Shown: positions 19,001-28,171 of the stretch, in pieces | Layout of the letters: each line of letters starts with the position of its first letter | How positions within the stretch are numbered: the first letter of the stretch is position 1 | From: a virus | Lineage: Duplodnaviria > Caudoviricetes | Virus record (IMG/VR): IMGVR_UViG_3300022697_000257 | Location: 1 to 32,013 of that record | Reading direction: 5' to 3' (one strand) | Length of the DNA stretch: 32,013 nucleotides | Translations under genes and position numbers: made by a program | Notes under the pieces: generated by a model | The model's database searches: none | What the model was told of the DNA's origin: nothing | The model's input: only the letters and a program-made list of their open reading frames with translations

Positions 19001-22000
19001 TTGATGTTGCTAACGAAGCGAATAATTATCTTGGTGGTGATGATGTTGATGTTTTAATTCAAGATGGCAAACCAACAATCAAAGAAGGTTCAATAACACC
19101 AGAAGATGTGGTTGCTTTCCTTGACAACAACACCACCAATAATAAAGACAAAGATTCTGCAATCAGACGTTCTGTACATGAGCAGTTCGCAAGAGGTTTC
19201 GAAACATATTTGATGGAAGGTAAGTCACCATCGATTGAACTTCGTAACGCATTTAGAGCATTCGCACGATGGTTGTCACGTATTTATCAATTTTTACGTG
19301 GTGATTTAAATGTAAAAATTGATAATGAAATGAGACAAGTATTTGATATGATGCTTGCAACTGAGGAACAAATTCAAGCAGCTGAAGCACGGGCGCAATT
19401 TGAGCCGATGTTCACTGATGCTACTATGGCAGGAATGACCGAAGAAGAATTTTCAGATTATCAGAACCGTCAAGAAAAAGTAAAAGATGTTCAATCTGAA
19501 ACACTTCGGGATAAAATAATAAAACAATTAACAAGACAAACTAAAACGTGGTGGAAAGAAGAAAAGCAGGACATCATTGATGAAGAACTTGAAAGTTTAA
19601 ACAAACAACAAGTTTATATAACACGTAATCGGTTAAAAGACGGTGATATAAAACTTGACCACGCAACAGTTAAAGAAATGATTGGTGTAGAAAAAGAGGA
19701 CAAGTTAAGCCGTAAATCAATCATCATTCCTTCAGAGTTACGTGGGATGACAGCAAAAGGTAAAAAAGGAATACATCCAGACGAAGCCGCCGCTTTCTTC
19801 GGTTATAGTTCGGGTTCTGAAATGTTAAATGATTTAACTACAGCACCTACGATAAAAATTCAAGCAGAAGTGAATTCTGAAAAAAGAATGATAGAACGTT
19901 ATGGTGATATACTAACTGATGGAACAATAGAACGTGAAGCTGATGAAGCTGTTCAAAATGAAGAACGCGGTGAATTAATACTTAAAGAACTTAAAACATT
20001 AGCTAAAGGAACTAACGCACCAACTATCGACCGTGAAACTATTAAACAATTATCTGAAGAGCGTATCGGTCGTTTATCTTTTAGAGAAATTCACCCGGGT
20101 AAATATCGAAAAGCTGAAATAAAAGCAGCCCAAGAAGCATCACGAATGTTAGCTGAAGGAAATAAAGAAGGTGCTACTGCTGCTAAAATGCAACAAGTGA
20201 TGAATTACTATTTAGGAATGCAAGCAACCAATGCTAAAAATGACACTGTTAAAATTGTTGATAGAATGTCACGTTATAACAAAAAGAAAGTACGTGAAGA
20301 AATTCAAAAATCAGAAGGTGATTACTGGGAACAAATCGTTAAGATATTGAATCGTTTCGAATTCAGAAAATCAGCAACTCTTAAACAAGTGCAAAGTTTA
20401 AACTTATGGATGAACGAAAGAATTAATGAAGTAGGTGATGCGTTAGTATTATCAAACGTTGTATTAAATGAATCTTATGTAACACATTGGAAAAATGTTC
20501 CATTTTCAGATTTAAAAGCAATTAACGATTCTGTTAAAAATATAGAACATGTAGCTCGTTATGCTAATAAATTAATCCGTATGCAAGAAGAAATTGATTT
20601 CAATAAACTTGTTGATAGGTGGGTTAATAGTATGGATGAAAACGTAAAAACGCGATTCGTTAGCAAGCGTACTGATGTAACTGAAGGAAAGAATTGGGGT
20701 CGATGGTTTATGGCTCAGATGACTAAAATCCCATTCATGGCTTCTTGGTTGGATGGTGGGGAACGCACTGGGATTAGTCATCAAATCATGGTACAGCCTT
20801 TTACTGACGCATACGATGAAGAAATCAAGCTGTGGGATAAATCTGGAAAATCAGTAATGGACGCGATTGAAAATCGAAGTAAAGCCGACCGCAAACGTCA
20901 CAATCAAAAGATATTCATCCCTGAAATTGATGATAATTTATACGGTCATCAGATATTAGCTGTTGCGTTAAATACTGGGAATCAATCGAATCTTAAAAAA
21001 ATGCTGCTCGGTGAATCCTGGGCCAACCCTGAAAATGAATCTGAAGTTGTCTTTGATAACACCAAATTACAAGCTGTATTATCTCATATGACTGTGAGTG
21101 ATTGGAATCTTGTACAAAAAATATGGGACCAGATGGAAACGTTGTACCCACAATTGGCTGAAGTTCATCGTCGTACAACTGGATTAACACCCCCTAAAAT
21201 TGAAACAACACCACTAACTGTAAAAGTCAATGGTAAAACTATCAAATTGAAAGGGGGTTATTATCCTGTTAAATATGACCCTAATCGTGACCAACGTGCT
21301 GCACTCAACGAAGATAAATTGAACGCTGAAACTGAGTCCATGTTCAGCAATAATGCAAGTATTCAAGCCTCGGTGAACACAGGGGCTACGAATGAAAGAA
21401 CTGGATATTACGCACCCATTAGATTGAGTCTTGATGTTGTACCTGCTCATTTCCAAGAAACAATACATTATATCACCCATCACGACGCTGTTCGTGAGGT
21501 TAATCGTTTGACTCGAAACAAACAAGTAGCTCAAACGATTAAAGAAAAATTAGGTCCAGAAGAATATGCCCAACTACGTCCATGGTTAAATGACATTGCC
21601 AAAGACGGCCGTGAAGCCCCCACAAAGATGTTTTGGGATGATATGTTACAAAGATTAAGGTTTGGGGTAACCCTGGGTACAATGGGGTTTAAAGCGTCCA
21701 CAGGTATCATTCAGATTAGTGGCTTATCCAATAGTATAGCTGAAGTTGGGATGGGACCCATGATGCAATCAATGCGTAGCATTTTAGGTAGTACCACCAC
21801 CATAAGAAATGCTTGGGATTTCGCGGTGTCAAATTCACGAGTACTAAAGAATCGAACTAAAACAATGGATAGGGAAATCAAAAATGCAATGAAACGAATA
21901 CAAGGTAAACGTGGGTTGTTGGCTGCTGTTCAAGAAGCTTCAATGAAACACATTGCTTATATTCAGGTATACATGGTTGATTTACCCAGTTGGCACGCTG

Positions 22001-22680
22001 CGTACATCAAAGGGATGAAGGATTGGGGTGACGAAACCCGAGCCTTTCAGTATGCAGATTGGGTGATTGAAAACGTCCAGGGTTCCGGTGTTACTAAAGA
22101 CATGGCACGTATAATGCGTGGTCAGTCCGAAACAGGAAGAATGTTCACAATGTTTATGACTTTTTTCAGCTCGTTGTGGAATATGGAACGAGATTTAGTG
22201 AAAGGAGCTAAAACAGGTCGATATTCCATAACGAGTGTTGCAGCTAAAGCTATGTTTTTGTTTACAATACCAGTGTTGTTTGAAATGTTAATGCGCGGTG
22301 AGTTATCAGAACCAGAAGGTGATGACGATGACAGGTTGCAAAAAATGTTGACAAAAACAGCAATGTTCCCTGTTCAATCCATACCTTTTATACGTGATAT
22401 AGTTAGTGCTAGCACTGGTGAATTTGGGTACAATATTTCACCATTACAGTCTATTATAGAACAAGGAACTAGAACAATACCAGGACTGGTCACAAATGGG
22501 TTTACTGATGATGAAATTACAAAAAACCAAGTTAAAGGTGCTACTAAGTTTGTTGGTGCGACTATTGGTGTACCAGGTATGAACCAGATATGGGCTACAG
22601 GAGAACATTTATACCAAGTGTTCGAAGACGGTGAAGAATTCACAACTCGTGAATTGTTGTTCGGTCCAGACAGGAAATGA
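16093..22680 (+). CDS. Large internal virion / DNA-ejection protein of polyvalent type (2195 aa)
   Basis: gp16 position before the tailspike. Hydrophobic Gly/Ala segments, ART-like segment at about 18445-18790, STFLHEFAH zincin motif, LKGGYYPVKYD, hydrophobic C-terminal region. Confidence 0.8.
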   Translation: MMALDLDKIDLGGFGISKKDDELVELNNQVQSNMDEALKINPDQHSKITKLSEQTGVPEFAVESNPDEVEHELKLKNINFSEMSVRNPNTEKYLTDFNNSIIAQDDIDILKSIEDVFDFGKTFDNVGETILTGFSLQGEGLRLAGADVTPDRIKDLIPQSAMPLGVAMPGEIEMMSMELAGRFGINTDEELQQAREESVNSIITEIRGLQEKRKKLTPEDLNLLEEGVRAGVESLANMAPGFGLMLLSGGRAAPLLATIGTQTFVGSYAEGRADGLTPEQAAWFSTIDAAIEVGTELIPTKIIETIITGKSKGLKKEAIKFIIHEMGTEQLATLGQSLNSYAFGLDKEMENAQSIEEMVQIQLRRQAITAIATVVAGGAQITAVTGVRKSIESLTQNETKKENKDDIEQNKINELNDLSEKSKLRERDKESFKQFVEEADGENNTTVFIDAAQTSLYLQNKTGDEIEADFALKLLNEQVREASELGVDIQIPVADFAADIAGTEHYAQLRDSMTMSAETNSSFRQEQVKKDTETYVKNLMDEAQENASQYVEAQEIYDTVREQLIDSGTVTSSNASIMAQIVPAWATAQATRQGKTVQEVYQDSGLVVEGPQTGEKARLEGEQVLSQEAAYKEAPVIFDKVRDNFLELLPEDAEINDVLDVADEFGPEYRSFIKALERDDWLGFDFPSQAIDAVLSEEIENFEVSQGLKSAIGRMVNVEFSTGDIVTRNKEQLKQEGIKDETTKQQLESGRQQREEQQVIIEETKNRTDREALAEFNKAKSGQQVTFNHRSFDDFSSFNDELLGKNTTTPSANLGHYLSANDIQNNERYGNELSVHQFTLKNPLVVSAKAFEEIASEMTVEQATERRQQFIDMGHDGILIEGLNWGIVFEGSTLTKLEETFEDISFEQKPTKTKEARGYYNPANSIIRLTESADLSTFLHEFAHFMYEMELKSDTNMIESINNWYKRNAVDVANEANNYLGGDDVDVLIQDGKPTIKEGSITPEDVVAFLDNNTTNNKDKDSAIRRSVHEQFARGFETYLMEGKSPSIELRNAFRAFARWLSRIYQFLRGDLNVKIDNEMRQVFDMMLATEEQIQAAEARAQFEPMFTDATMAGMTEEEFSDYQNRQEKVKDVQSETLRDKIIKQLTRQTKTWWKEEKQDIIDEELESLNKQQVYITRNRLKDGDIKLDHATVKEMIGVEKEDKLSRKSIIIPSELRGMTAKGKKGIHPDEAAAFFGYSSGSEMLNDLTTAPTIKIQAEVNSEKRMIERYGDILTDGTIEREADEAVQNEERGELILKELKTLAKGTNAPTIDRETIKQLSEERIGRLSFREIHPGKYRKAEIKAAQEASRMLAEGNKEGATAAKMQQVMNYYLGMQATNAKNDTVKIVDRMSRYNKKKVREEIQKSEGDYWEQIVKILNRFEFRKSATLKQVQSLNLWMNERINEVGDALVLSNVVLNESYVTHWKNVPFSDLKAINDSVKNIEHVARYANKLIRMQEEIDFNKLVDRWVNSMDENVKTRFVSKRTDVTEGKNWGRWFMAQMTKIPFMASWLDGGERTGISHQIMVQPFTDAYDEEIKLWDKSGKSVMDAIENRSKADRKRHNQKIFIPEIDDNLYGHQILAVALNTGNQSNLKKMLLGESWANPENESEVVFDNTKLQAVLSHMTVSDWNLVQKIWDQMETLYPQLAEVHRRTTGLTPPKIETTPLTVKVNGKTIKLKGGYYPVKYDPNRDQRAALNEDKLNAETESMFSNNASIQASVNTGATNERTGYYAPIRLSLDVVPAHFQETIHYITHHDAVREVNRLTRNKQVAQTIKEKLGPEEYAQLRPWLNDIAKDGREAPTKMFWDDMLQRLRFGVTLGTMGFKASTGIIQISGLSNSIAEVGMGPMMQSMRSILGSTTTIRNAWDFAVSNSRVLKNRTKTMDREIKNAMKRIQGKRGLLAAVQEASMKHIAYIQVYMVDLPSWHAAYIKGMKDWGDETRAFQYADWVIENVQGSGVTKDMARIMRGQSETGRMFTMFMTFFSSLWNMERDLVKGAKTGRYSITSVAAKAMFLFTIPVLFEMLMRGELSEPEGDDDDRLQKMLTKTAMFPVQSIPFIRDIVSASTGEFGYNISPLQSIIEQGTRTIPGLVTNGFTDDEITKNQVKGATKFVGATIGVPGMNQIWATGEHLYQVFEDGEEFTTRELLFGPDRK

Positions 22681-22701
22681 TAATAAGGGGTTTAATTTAA
22701 A

Positions 22702-24972
22702 ATGACAGTTAATACTACTGATATCACATCGGGTCCTTATCCGGGCAACGATGTAGCGTCTGCTTTTTCATACACATTCAGGATAGAAGATAAAAATCAA
22801 TTGAAGGTGTATGAAACTGATAATTCAGGAGCAACAGTTCTATTAACAGTTGATACCAATTACACTGTTGCTGGAATCGGTGATAATAACGGTGGTTTAA
22901 TTACTCGTGTTGCTGGTCCATTGCCTATTAATTATACATGGTATATCAGATCAGATTACAAGTTAACACAAGCTAGTGCATTGTCAAGTCAAGGCGGTTT
23001 TTTTCCAGAAATACATGAAGATGCTTTTGATAAATTAACTTTTTTAACACAACAAATAGAAGACATCACAAAAAGGTCAATACGATTATCAGAAGAATTT
23101 GATATAGCTGGAAGTTTCACATTCAATGAAGATATAACAACTCGAGCAAATAAATTTTTAGCTTTCGATAATAGTGGGGATTTATTTTTAGCCGGGTCAG
23201 TAGCAAATACGGCTGTATCTGTGTTCATGGGTACAGTGGTCGATGATAATGATGCTTTTGAAGCAAGTAACACGTTAAAGTCTTATTACGTTGTAGCTAC
23301 CAAAGCAGAAGCCGCAGCTTTACCACTAGTAGCAGCAGATGCAGGAAGGAGTATTTTTATAACATCAGATTCAGGTGGTGTATTCATAGTTAAATTTAAT
23401 GCTACACCTGGTACTTACTCTGACAATGGTGGTTCTTTTGAAGGTACAGTGTTCATTCCTAGCGGCGGTAATGGAACAATAGGAATTCTGAGATACAGTT
23501 ATGAACCTTTGAATGTTCGATGGTTTGGGGCTGTTATTGATGGGGTAACTGATGACTCAGCTGCAATTGTAGCAGCAGCATTAATCAGTACTGTTTATGT
23601 CCCCAAAGGAGTGTGCTTTGTTGATAATAACTTGATATTGAAGTATGGGATTTATGGCGACGGTATTGGACAAACCATATTGAAACACGGTTCCAATGTA
23701 TCTAACACCACGTTCATAACACTGGGTGCAGGTGCGCCGAACAATCCTGGTGCAAATTGTAAACAATTAACTATCGATGGTGACCAAAGTAATAACACTG
23801 GGTTTACATCAGCCGAACTAGTTTTAAATAAAGGGTCAATAGCCGGTGTTATTGAGATTAAAGATTTCAATGGTTCAGGTATTGATCAGGGTTCGTATGG
23901 TGAAGATAGTAAATGTCTACACTGTATTATAACAGGGATTGGTTCAGCTACTGTAGGCTCTTCTTTCGGTATCAACATTAATGTTGCTACTACGAAAAAT
24001 ATGGAAATTTATGGTTGTGTTATTCGTAATTGTCGCCTTAATGCCATATTAGGACAAGGTGTTGGAACAACTATCATTCGTAATTATTTCGAAGGAAACC
24101 ACGTTCAAACTGTTCCAACCGGTGGTGGTCAAATATCTGTTGGGTCGGTTCCTGCTAATGGTTCAATGACGATAATTACGAATAACTATTTTGGACCTGG
24201 TGGTGGAGCATCAGCTAGTGGTATGGAATTAAACGGTCATTGTTTAGTTGGACATAATACATTGGTGGGTCAAAAAGCTGTTGGTATATTTTTACAACAA
24301 GGATTGGAACATCAACTATTTTCGAACGTGATTAAAAACGGACTGGCAGAAGCAATTGCTGTTGCTGCAAATCTTTCTAATTTCATGATAAACAATAACC
24401 AATGTTATGATGACCAATCAGTAAAAACTCAAACTACTGGTGTTCTAATTAACACAGGTTCATCAGACAATTACACGATAATAGGTAATAGACTTGAAAA
24501 TAATAAAACAGCAGCGTTAACCGATGGTGGCACAGGTGCTGTTAAATCAATAATGGGAAACACTCCGTTATCTACTGAAAGCTGGGAATCGTGGATACCT
24601 ACCATAGTTCAAGGAGCGACACCCACGTTTACAATAAATCATGCAAGATTGAGAATCATAGGTAAAACTGGATTTATATCCATGCGGTGTACAATGATAG
24701 CAGGTACAGCAGGTACAGCAGGTACAGTCATCACTCTTGGTGGGTGGCCTACTAAAATAAACCCAGCAAACCCGAGTGGCTCTTTAGTTGTTGGACAATT
24801 TTTTATCACCGATAGTGGTACTGCGTTTTACACCGGGGTAGTAACAGCTAATTCAGCAACTACCATGAGAATGATGGCTCATAATTCAGGAAATTATATC
24901 GGTGCAATTCCTAATTTTGGATTGACAACAGGTGATACAGTATCAATTAACGTTCAATTTAATATAGCGTAA
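22702..24972 (+). CDS. Tail fibre/tailspike with beta-helix depolymerase-like domain
   Basis: T7 gp17-like N-terminal anchor (FSYTFRI...HEDAFDKLT.LTQQ). NVRWFGAVIDGVTDDSAAI..A...VYVPKG pectate-lyase-3-like start at about 23512, followed by Asn/Gly/Ile-rich beta-helix turns. Confidence 0.88.
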   Translation: MTVNTTDITSGPYPGNDVASAFSYTFRIEDKNQLKVYETDNSGATVLLTVDTNYTVAGIGDNNGGLITRVAGPLPINYTWYIRSDYKLTQASALSSQGGFFPEIHEDAFDKLTFLTQQIEDITKRSIRLSEEFDIAGSFTFNEDITTRANKFLAFDNSGDLFLAGSVANTAVSVFMGTVVDDNDAFEASNTLKSYYVVATKAEAAALPLVAADAGRSIFITSDSGGVFIVKFNATPGTYSDNGGSFEGTVFIPSGGNGTIGILRYSYEPLNVRWFGAVIDGVTDDSAAIVAAALISTVYVPKGVCFVDNNLILKYGIYGDGIGQTILKHGSNVSNTTFITLGAGAPNNPGANCKQLTIDGDQSNNTGFTSAELVLNKGSIAGVIEIKDFNGSGIDQGSYGEDSKCLHCIITGIGSATVGSSFGININVATTKNMEIYGCVIRNCRLNAILGQGVGTTIIRNYFEGNHVQTVPTGGGQISVGSVPANGSMTIITNNYFGPGGGASASGMELNGHCLVGHNTLVGQKAVGIFLQQGLEHQLFSNVIKNGLAEAIAVAANLSNFMINNNQCYDDQSVKTQTTGVLINTGSSDNYTIIGNRLENNKTAALTDGGTGAVKSIMGNTPLSTESWESWIPTIVQGATPTFTINHARLRIIGKTGFISMRCTMIAGTAGTAGTVITLGGWPTKINPANPSGSLVVGQFFITDSGTAFYTGVVTANSATTMRMMAHNSGNYIGAIPNFGLTTGDTVSINVQFNIA

Positions 24973-25493
24973 TGAAACCTGAAGATATTAAATTTATTAT
25001 AGTTCACACGGCGGCTACCAAACCGTCAATGGATATCGGCTTGTATGAGATTCGAAAATGGCATACTTTACCTAAAAAATTAAATGACGGTACAGTACGT
25101 TATATGAGGAAAATTTACCAATCAAATAATGATCTACCGGAGGATATTCGTGGTAAAGAGGGGAATGGTTGGTCTGATATTGGATACCACTACGTTATTC
25201 GAAGAAATGGGCAGACTCAAACAGGTAGGGATTTATCTACTAGAGGTGCTCACGTAAAAGGGTATAACGATGTTTCGTGGGGAATATGTTTGATAGGAGG
25301 ACTAGATAAAGATGGAAATCCTGATTGTAATTACACCAAAAAACAATATATTGAATTAGATAGATTATTAACTGAATTATATAGGAAAGCGCCACTCGCA
25401 GAAATAACAGGTCATAGGGAATTTGATGGAGTTACTAAAACCTGTCCAAATTTTGACGTAAAGGAATTTTATTATGATGAAAATTATGACTAA
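24972..25493 (+). CDS. Endolysin, N-acetylmuramoyl-L-alanine amidase (T7 lysozyme/Amidase_2-like)
   Basis: IIVHTAAT, GWSDIGYHYVIRRNG, GAHVKGYN, GICLIGG, GHRE, KTCP (Zn ligands H, H, C). Confidence 0.93.
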   Translation: MKPEDIKFIIVHTAATKPSMDIGLYEIRKWHTLPKKLNDGTVRYMRKIYQSNNDLPEDIRGKEGNGWSDIGYHYVIRRNGQTQTGRDLSTRGAHVKGYNDVSWGICLIGGLDKDGNPDCNYTKKQYIELDRLLTELYRKAPLAEITGHREFDGVTKTCPNFDVKEFYYDENYD

Positions 25494-25761
25494 AATCGTA
25501 AAAGCATTTACTGATATCAAAGTTGTAGGAGGAGTGTTAGCGAGTATTATTTTCGCGCTAAGTGCTTACGCTAATTCACACTTTGTAAGAATCGATGGTA
25601 TTCAAGGAATATTAAACCTGCATGAGATTAAAGAAATTAGGAGGAATATATCGATGCTTGAGGTAGATAAAAATGACTCAAAAACAGCAAGTGACCGGAA
25701 AAAATACAGTCTAAAGATTAAAATTGCTGAAAACCAAATCAAGGAAATAAAAGGAGAGTGA
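25474..25761 (+). CDS. Single-TM plus coiled-coil lysis-cassette protein (possible holin accessory/antiholin)
   Basis: Hydrophobic VVGGVLASIIFALSAYA followed by a charged helix. Lies between the amidase and the holin candidate. Confidence 0.55.
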   Translation: MMKIMTKIVKAFTDIKVVGGVLASIIFALSAYANSHFVRIDGIQGILNLHEIKEIRRNISMLEVDKNDSKTASDRKKYSLKIKIAENQIKEIKGE

Positions 25762-25763
25762 AG

Positions 25764-25934
25764 ATGCGTTTACGTAAAAAATTTAGTTTAGCTTTATTTT
25801 TTGGAGTGAGTGCTGTAGTGATGGTATTTACTGATATCAAAGGACCTGAACTAACAGCTTTTGGTATCATTGTATCAGGAATATTAGCGGCTTTTGGTGC
25901 AGCTGATGTGTATGGTAAAAAATACGAAGGGTGA
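25764..25934 (+). CDS. Putative two-TM holin (56 aa; not in the ORF track)
   Basis: Read manually: MRLRKKFSLALFFGVSAVVMVFTDIKGPELTAFGIIVSGILAAFGAADVYGKKYEG*. SD AAGGAG 7 nt upstream. Fills the gap in the lysis cassette. Confidence 0.7.
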   Translation: MRLRKKFSLALFFGVSAVVMVFTDIKGPELTAFGIIVSGILAAFGAADVYGKKYEG

Positions 25935-25939
25935 AATGA

Positions 25940-26239
25940 ATGTTTGGGTTAAGTAAATATTTAATTGGTGGTGTATCATTAGTTCTTATTCTACTTTTCA
26001 CTCATTGGAAAGCATACAATATAGGAATGGATGTTCAAGCTGGTGTCGAAGCACAAGCTAGACAAACATTAATTAATGAACAGCTAAACAAAGTTAAAAT
26101 TGTATATAAAGAAAAAATCAAAGTAGAGGTTAAGTATCGTGACAAAGTTAAAATCATATATAAAACAATTGACCCTACCGGTTGTCTTGACCATACTCTT
26201 GGTGATGTTGGGTTGTTCGGTTCCACCACAGATGATTAA
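25940..26239 (+). CDS. Inner-membrane spanin (Rz-like)
   Basis: N-terminal TM segment, periplasmic helical region, C-terminal Cys. Overlaps a lipoprotein ORF. Confidence 0.75.
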   Translation: MFGLSKYLIGGVSLVLILLFTHWKAYNIGMDVQAGVEAQARQTLINEQLNKVKIVYKEKIKVEVKYRDKVKIIYKTIDPTGCLDHTLGDVGLFGSTTDD

Positions 26240-26384
26240 ACCTGATGTATCACTACTCGAGTACGCACAAAAAAATAAACTCAATAAAGATAACACTTTA
26301 CGAGATTTAGTAATTGAGAATGAATTCAGAGGTAAAGAAATCGACAAGGTTAATTTAAATTTAAAAATTTTACGTGATGAATAA
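26139..26384 (+). CDS. Outer-membrane spanin lipoprotein (Rz1-like)
   Basis: GTG start with SD GAGGT. Signal peptide with lipobox-like LLVMLG-C then SVPP. Overlaps the i-spanin 3' end in the +1 frame. Confidence 0.75.
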   Translation: MTKLKSYIKQLTLPVVLTILLVMLGCSVPPQMIKPDVSLLEYAQKNKLNKDNTLRDLVIENEFRGKEIDKVNLNLKILRDE

Positions 26385-26385
26385 T

Positions 26386-27879
26386 TTAAATAAAACTCAC
26401 TTCTTCATCAATCGTGTGACCTTTTCTGTATCTTTCGATTGATGCTTTTAGTCCTTCTTGGCTGTCGTTTTTTCTTTCGATGGCATCAGCCACAGCAAGG
26501 TCAATTGTGTCATTACATAGTATTCTAATGATTGATACTGGTTGGTTTTGCCCTTGTCTATCTATTCTACCACACATTTGCTCGTATAATTCCAATGACC
26601 AGTTGATGCCGAACCAAACTAATATGTGACCTGATTCTTGCAATCCATCAATCCCATGACCCATTGATGCAGGGTGACCCACTAACAGTTTTATTTCACC
26701 ACGGTTCCATTTATCAATTATAGATTCTGTATCTTTCGATGGTGTATTGGTTAGATTTACAGGTTTATATTTTTTGAATCGTTTCATTATTCGAACAGCG
26801 TCCGCTCTAAATGTGTAACTACATAATACAGGGGAACCCATTGCTTCTTCTAAAACTTCTTCTAATGCATCAAGTTTAGCATCATGAAGAGGTTGAAATT
26901 CAGGTGATTCACTATTCAAATAAGGTGTACCATTGCAAAACTGTAAACATTTATTAGACACTGATGCTTTGCTAAAAACTTCTATCTCGTGACCACTATC
27001 TAATTGGGTGAATAATTTTTTTTCCATTTCTTTATAAGCTTTACGTGCTGCTGAAGTTAAATCAACCATCATATCAGTTGTTTTACAAACTGGCAAATCA
27101 AGATAATCTTTCGAGTCCATCTTCACTGTGATATCGCTGATTTTAAATTCAATCCACTGTTTACCGAGTTCCGTTGGTGTGTAACCCCAACCATTATAAT
27201 CGGATGTGAAATAACTATCTTTATAGTGAGTAACAAACTCCCCCAACCTGCTCCCCCCATCAACTGCTAAAAATTGACCATGTAAATCCAGATAACCATT
27301 GGATGCAGGTGTACCGGTTAATCCGGTTCTATATTTGAAATGACTAAATATCTCACGCCACCCAGTTACTTTTATAGTGTAACTTTCACCGCGTTTATCT
27401 TTCCTGTCACGTTTCCCACCTTTCATTCTTAGCGCGTTGCTGTTTTTCATTTTGGATACTTCATCATAAACCACCATTTGAAATGGTAAATCTTTACCTT
27501 GGGAAATATAATAATGGTCGAGTTGTTCTGATAACCAATTCATATTTTCATAATTGATTAGGTATATATCAGCTTCTGTAAATAAAGCTCTAGCTCGTTT
27601 TGACTTAACCCCATGCATTATACTAAATCTTAAATGTTTGGTGTGCTCCCACTTGCGAGACTCTCTAGCCCATACAGATTGTATAACTCGTAATGGTGCA
27701 AATATCAATGTTTTTTCTACTTGACCAGCTCTCATTCTATCAATAATAGTTGTTAGTGTGATTGGTGTTTTACCAAGGCCCATTCCTAACCACAACATTG
27801 AATCATCATTGTTTAATTGATGTATAATGCAATATTTTTGATATTCAAATAATTGTTGTGGGGTTAGTAGGTTGTTCAC
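26386..27879 (-). CDS. SNF2-family helicase
   Basis: MGLGKT, INYEN, VVYDEVS, GLTGTP, HPASMGHGIDGLQ, YEQMCGRIDRQGQ. Confidence 0.92.
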   Translation of the reverse strand: MNNLLTPQQLFEYQKYCIIHQLNNDDSMLWLGMGLGKTPITLTTIIDRMRAGQVEKTLIFAPLRVIQSVWARESRKWEHTKHLRFSIMHGVKSKRARALFTEADIYLINYENMNWLSEQLDHYYISQGKDLPFQMVVYDEVSKMKNSNALRMKGGKRDRKDKRGESYTIKVTGWREIFSHFKYRTGLTGTPASNGYLDLHGQFLAVDGGSRLGEFVTHYKDSYFTSDYNGWGYTPTELGKQWIEFKISDITVKMDSKDYLDLPVCKTTDMMVDLTSAARKAYKEMEKKLFTQLDSGHEIEVFSKASVSNKCLQFCNGTPYLNSESPEFQPLHDAKLDALEEVLEEAMGSPVLCSYTFRADAVRIMKRFKKYKPVNLTNTPSKDTESIIDKWNRGEIKLLVGHPASMGHGIDGLQESGHILVWFGINWSLELYEQMCGRIDRQGQNQPVSIIRILCNDTIDLAVADAIERKNDSQEGLKASIERYRKGHTIDEEVSFI

Positions 27880-27883
27880 TGTA

Positions 27884-28171
27884 TTATTCTTTATTTAGAA
27901 TTCCATTCATAAAAAAATCAACCCCTTCACTACCGTAAACAATATGAACTTTAGCACCAACATATATGAGTCTTTCGTGTTCTCGAAATTGACACGTTGA
28001 TACTATACCATCTAATGTTTTCACCTCAACGAAATACACAACACCTGATATAATAACAATCCTATCAGGTACTCCGTCGATTCCTGGACTAACCCATTTT
28101 CTTGTAATGCCACCTATCCTGGTGACACGTTCATTAAGATACCTTTCAATCTTTCGTTCGCGAACACCCAT
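27884..28171 (-). CDS. VRR-NUC domain nuclease
   Basis: ERKIE, KWVSPG..GVPDRIV...FVEVK PD-(D/E)xK motif, adjacent to SNF2. Confidence 0.9.
   Translation of the reverse strand: MGVRERKIERYLNERVTRIGGITRKWVSPGIDGVPDRIVIISGVVYFVEVKTLDGIVSTCQFREHERLIYVGAKVHIVYGSEGVDFFMNGILNKE

Noticed and set aside
22702-24972. Diversity-generating retroelement as in BPP-1
   Set aside because: No reverse transcriptase, no Avd-like gene, and no template/variable repeat pair differing at adenines was seen.
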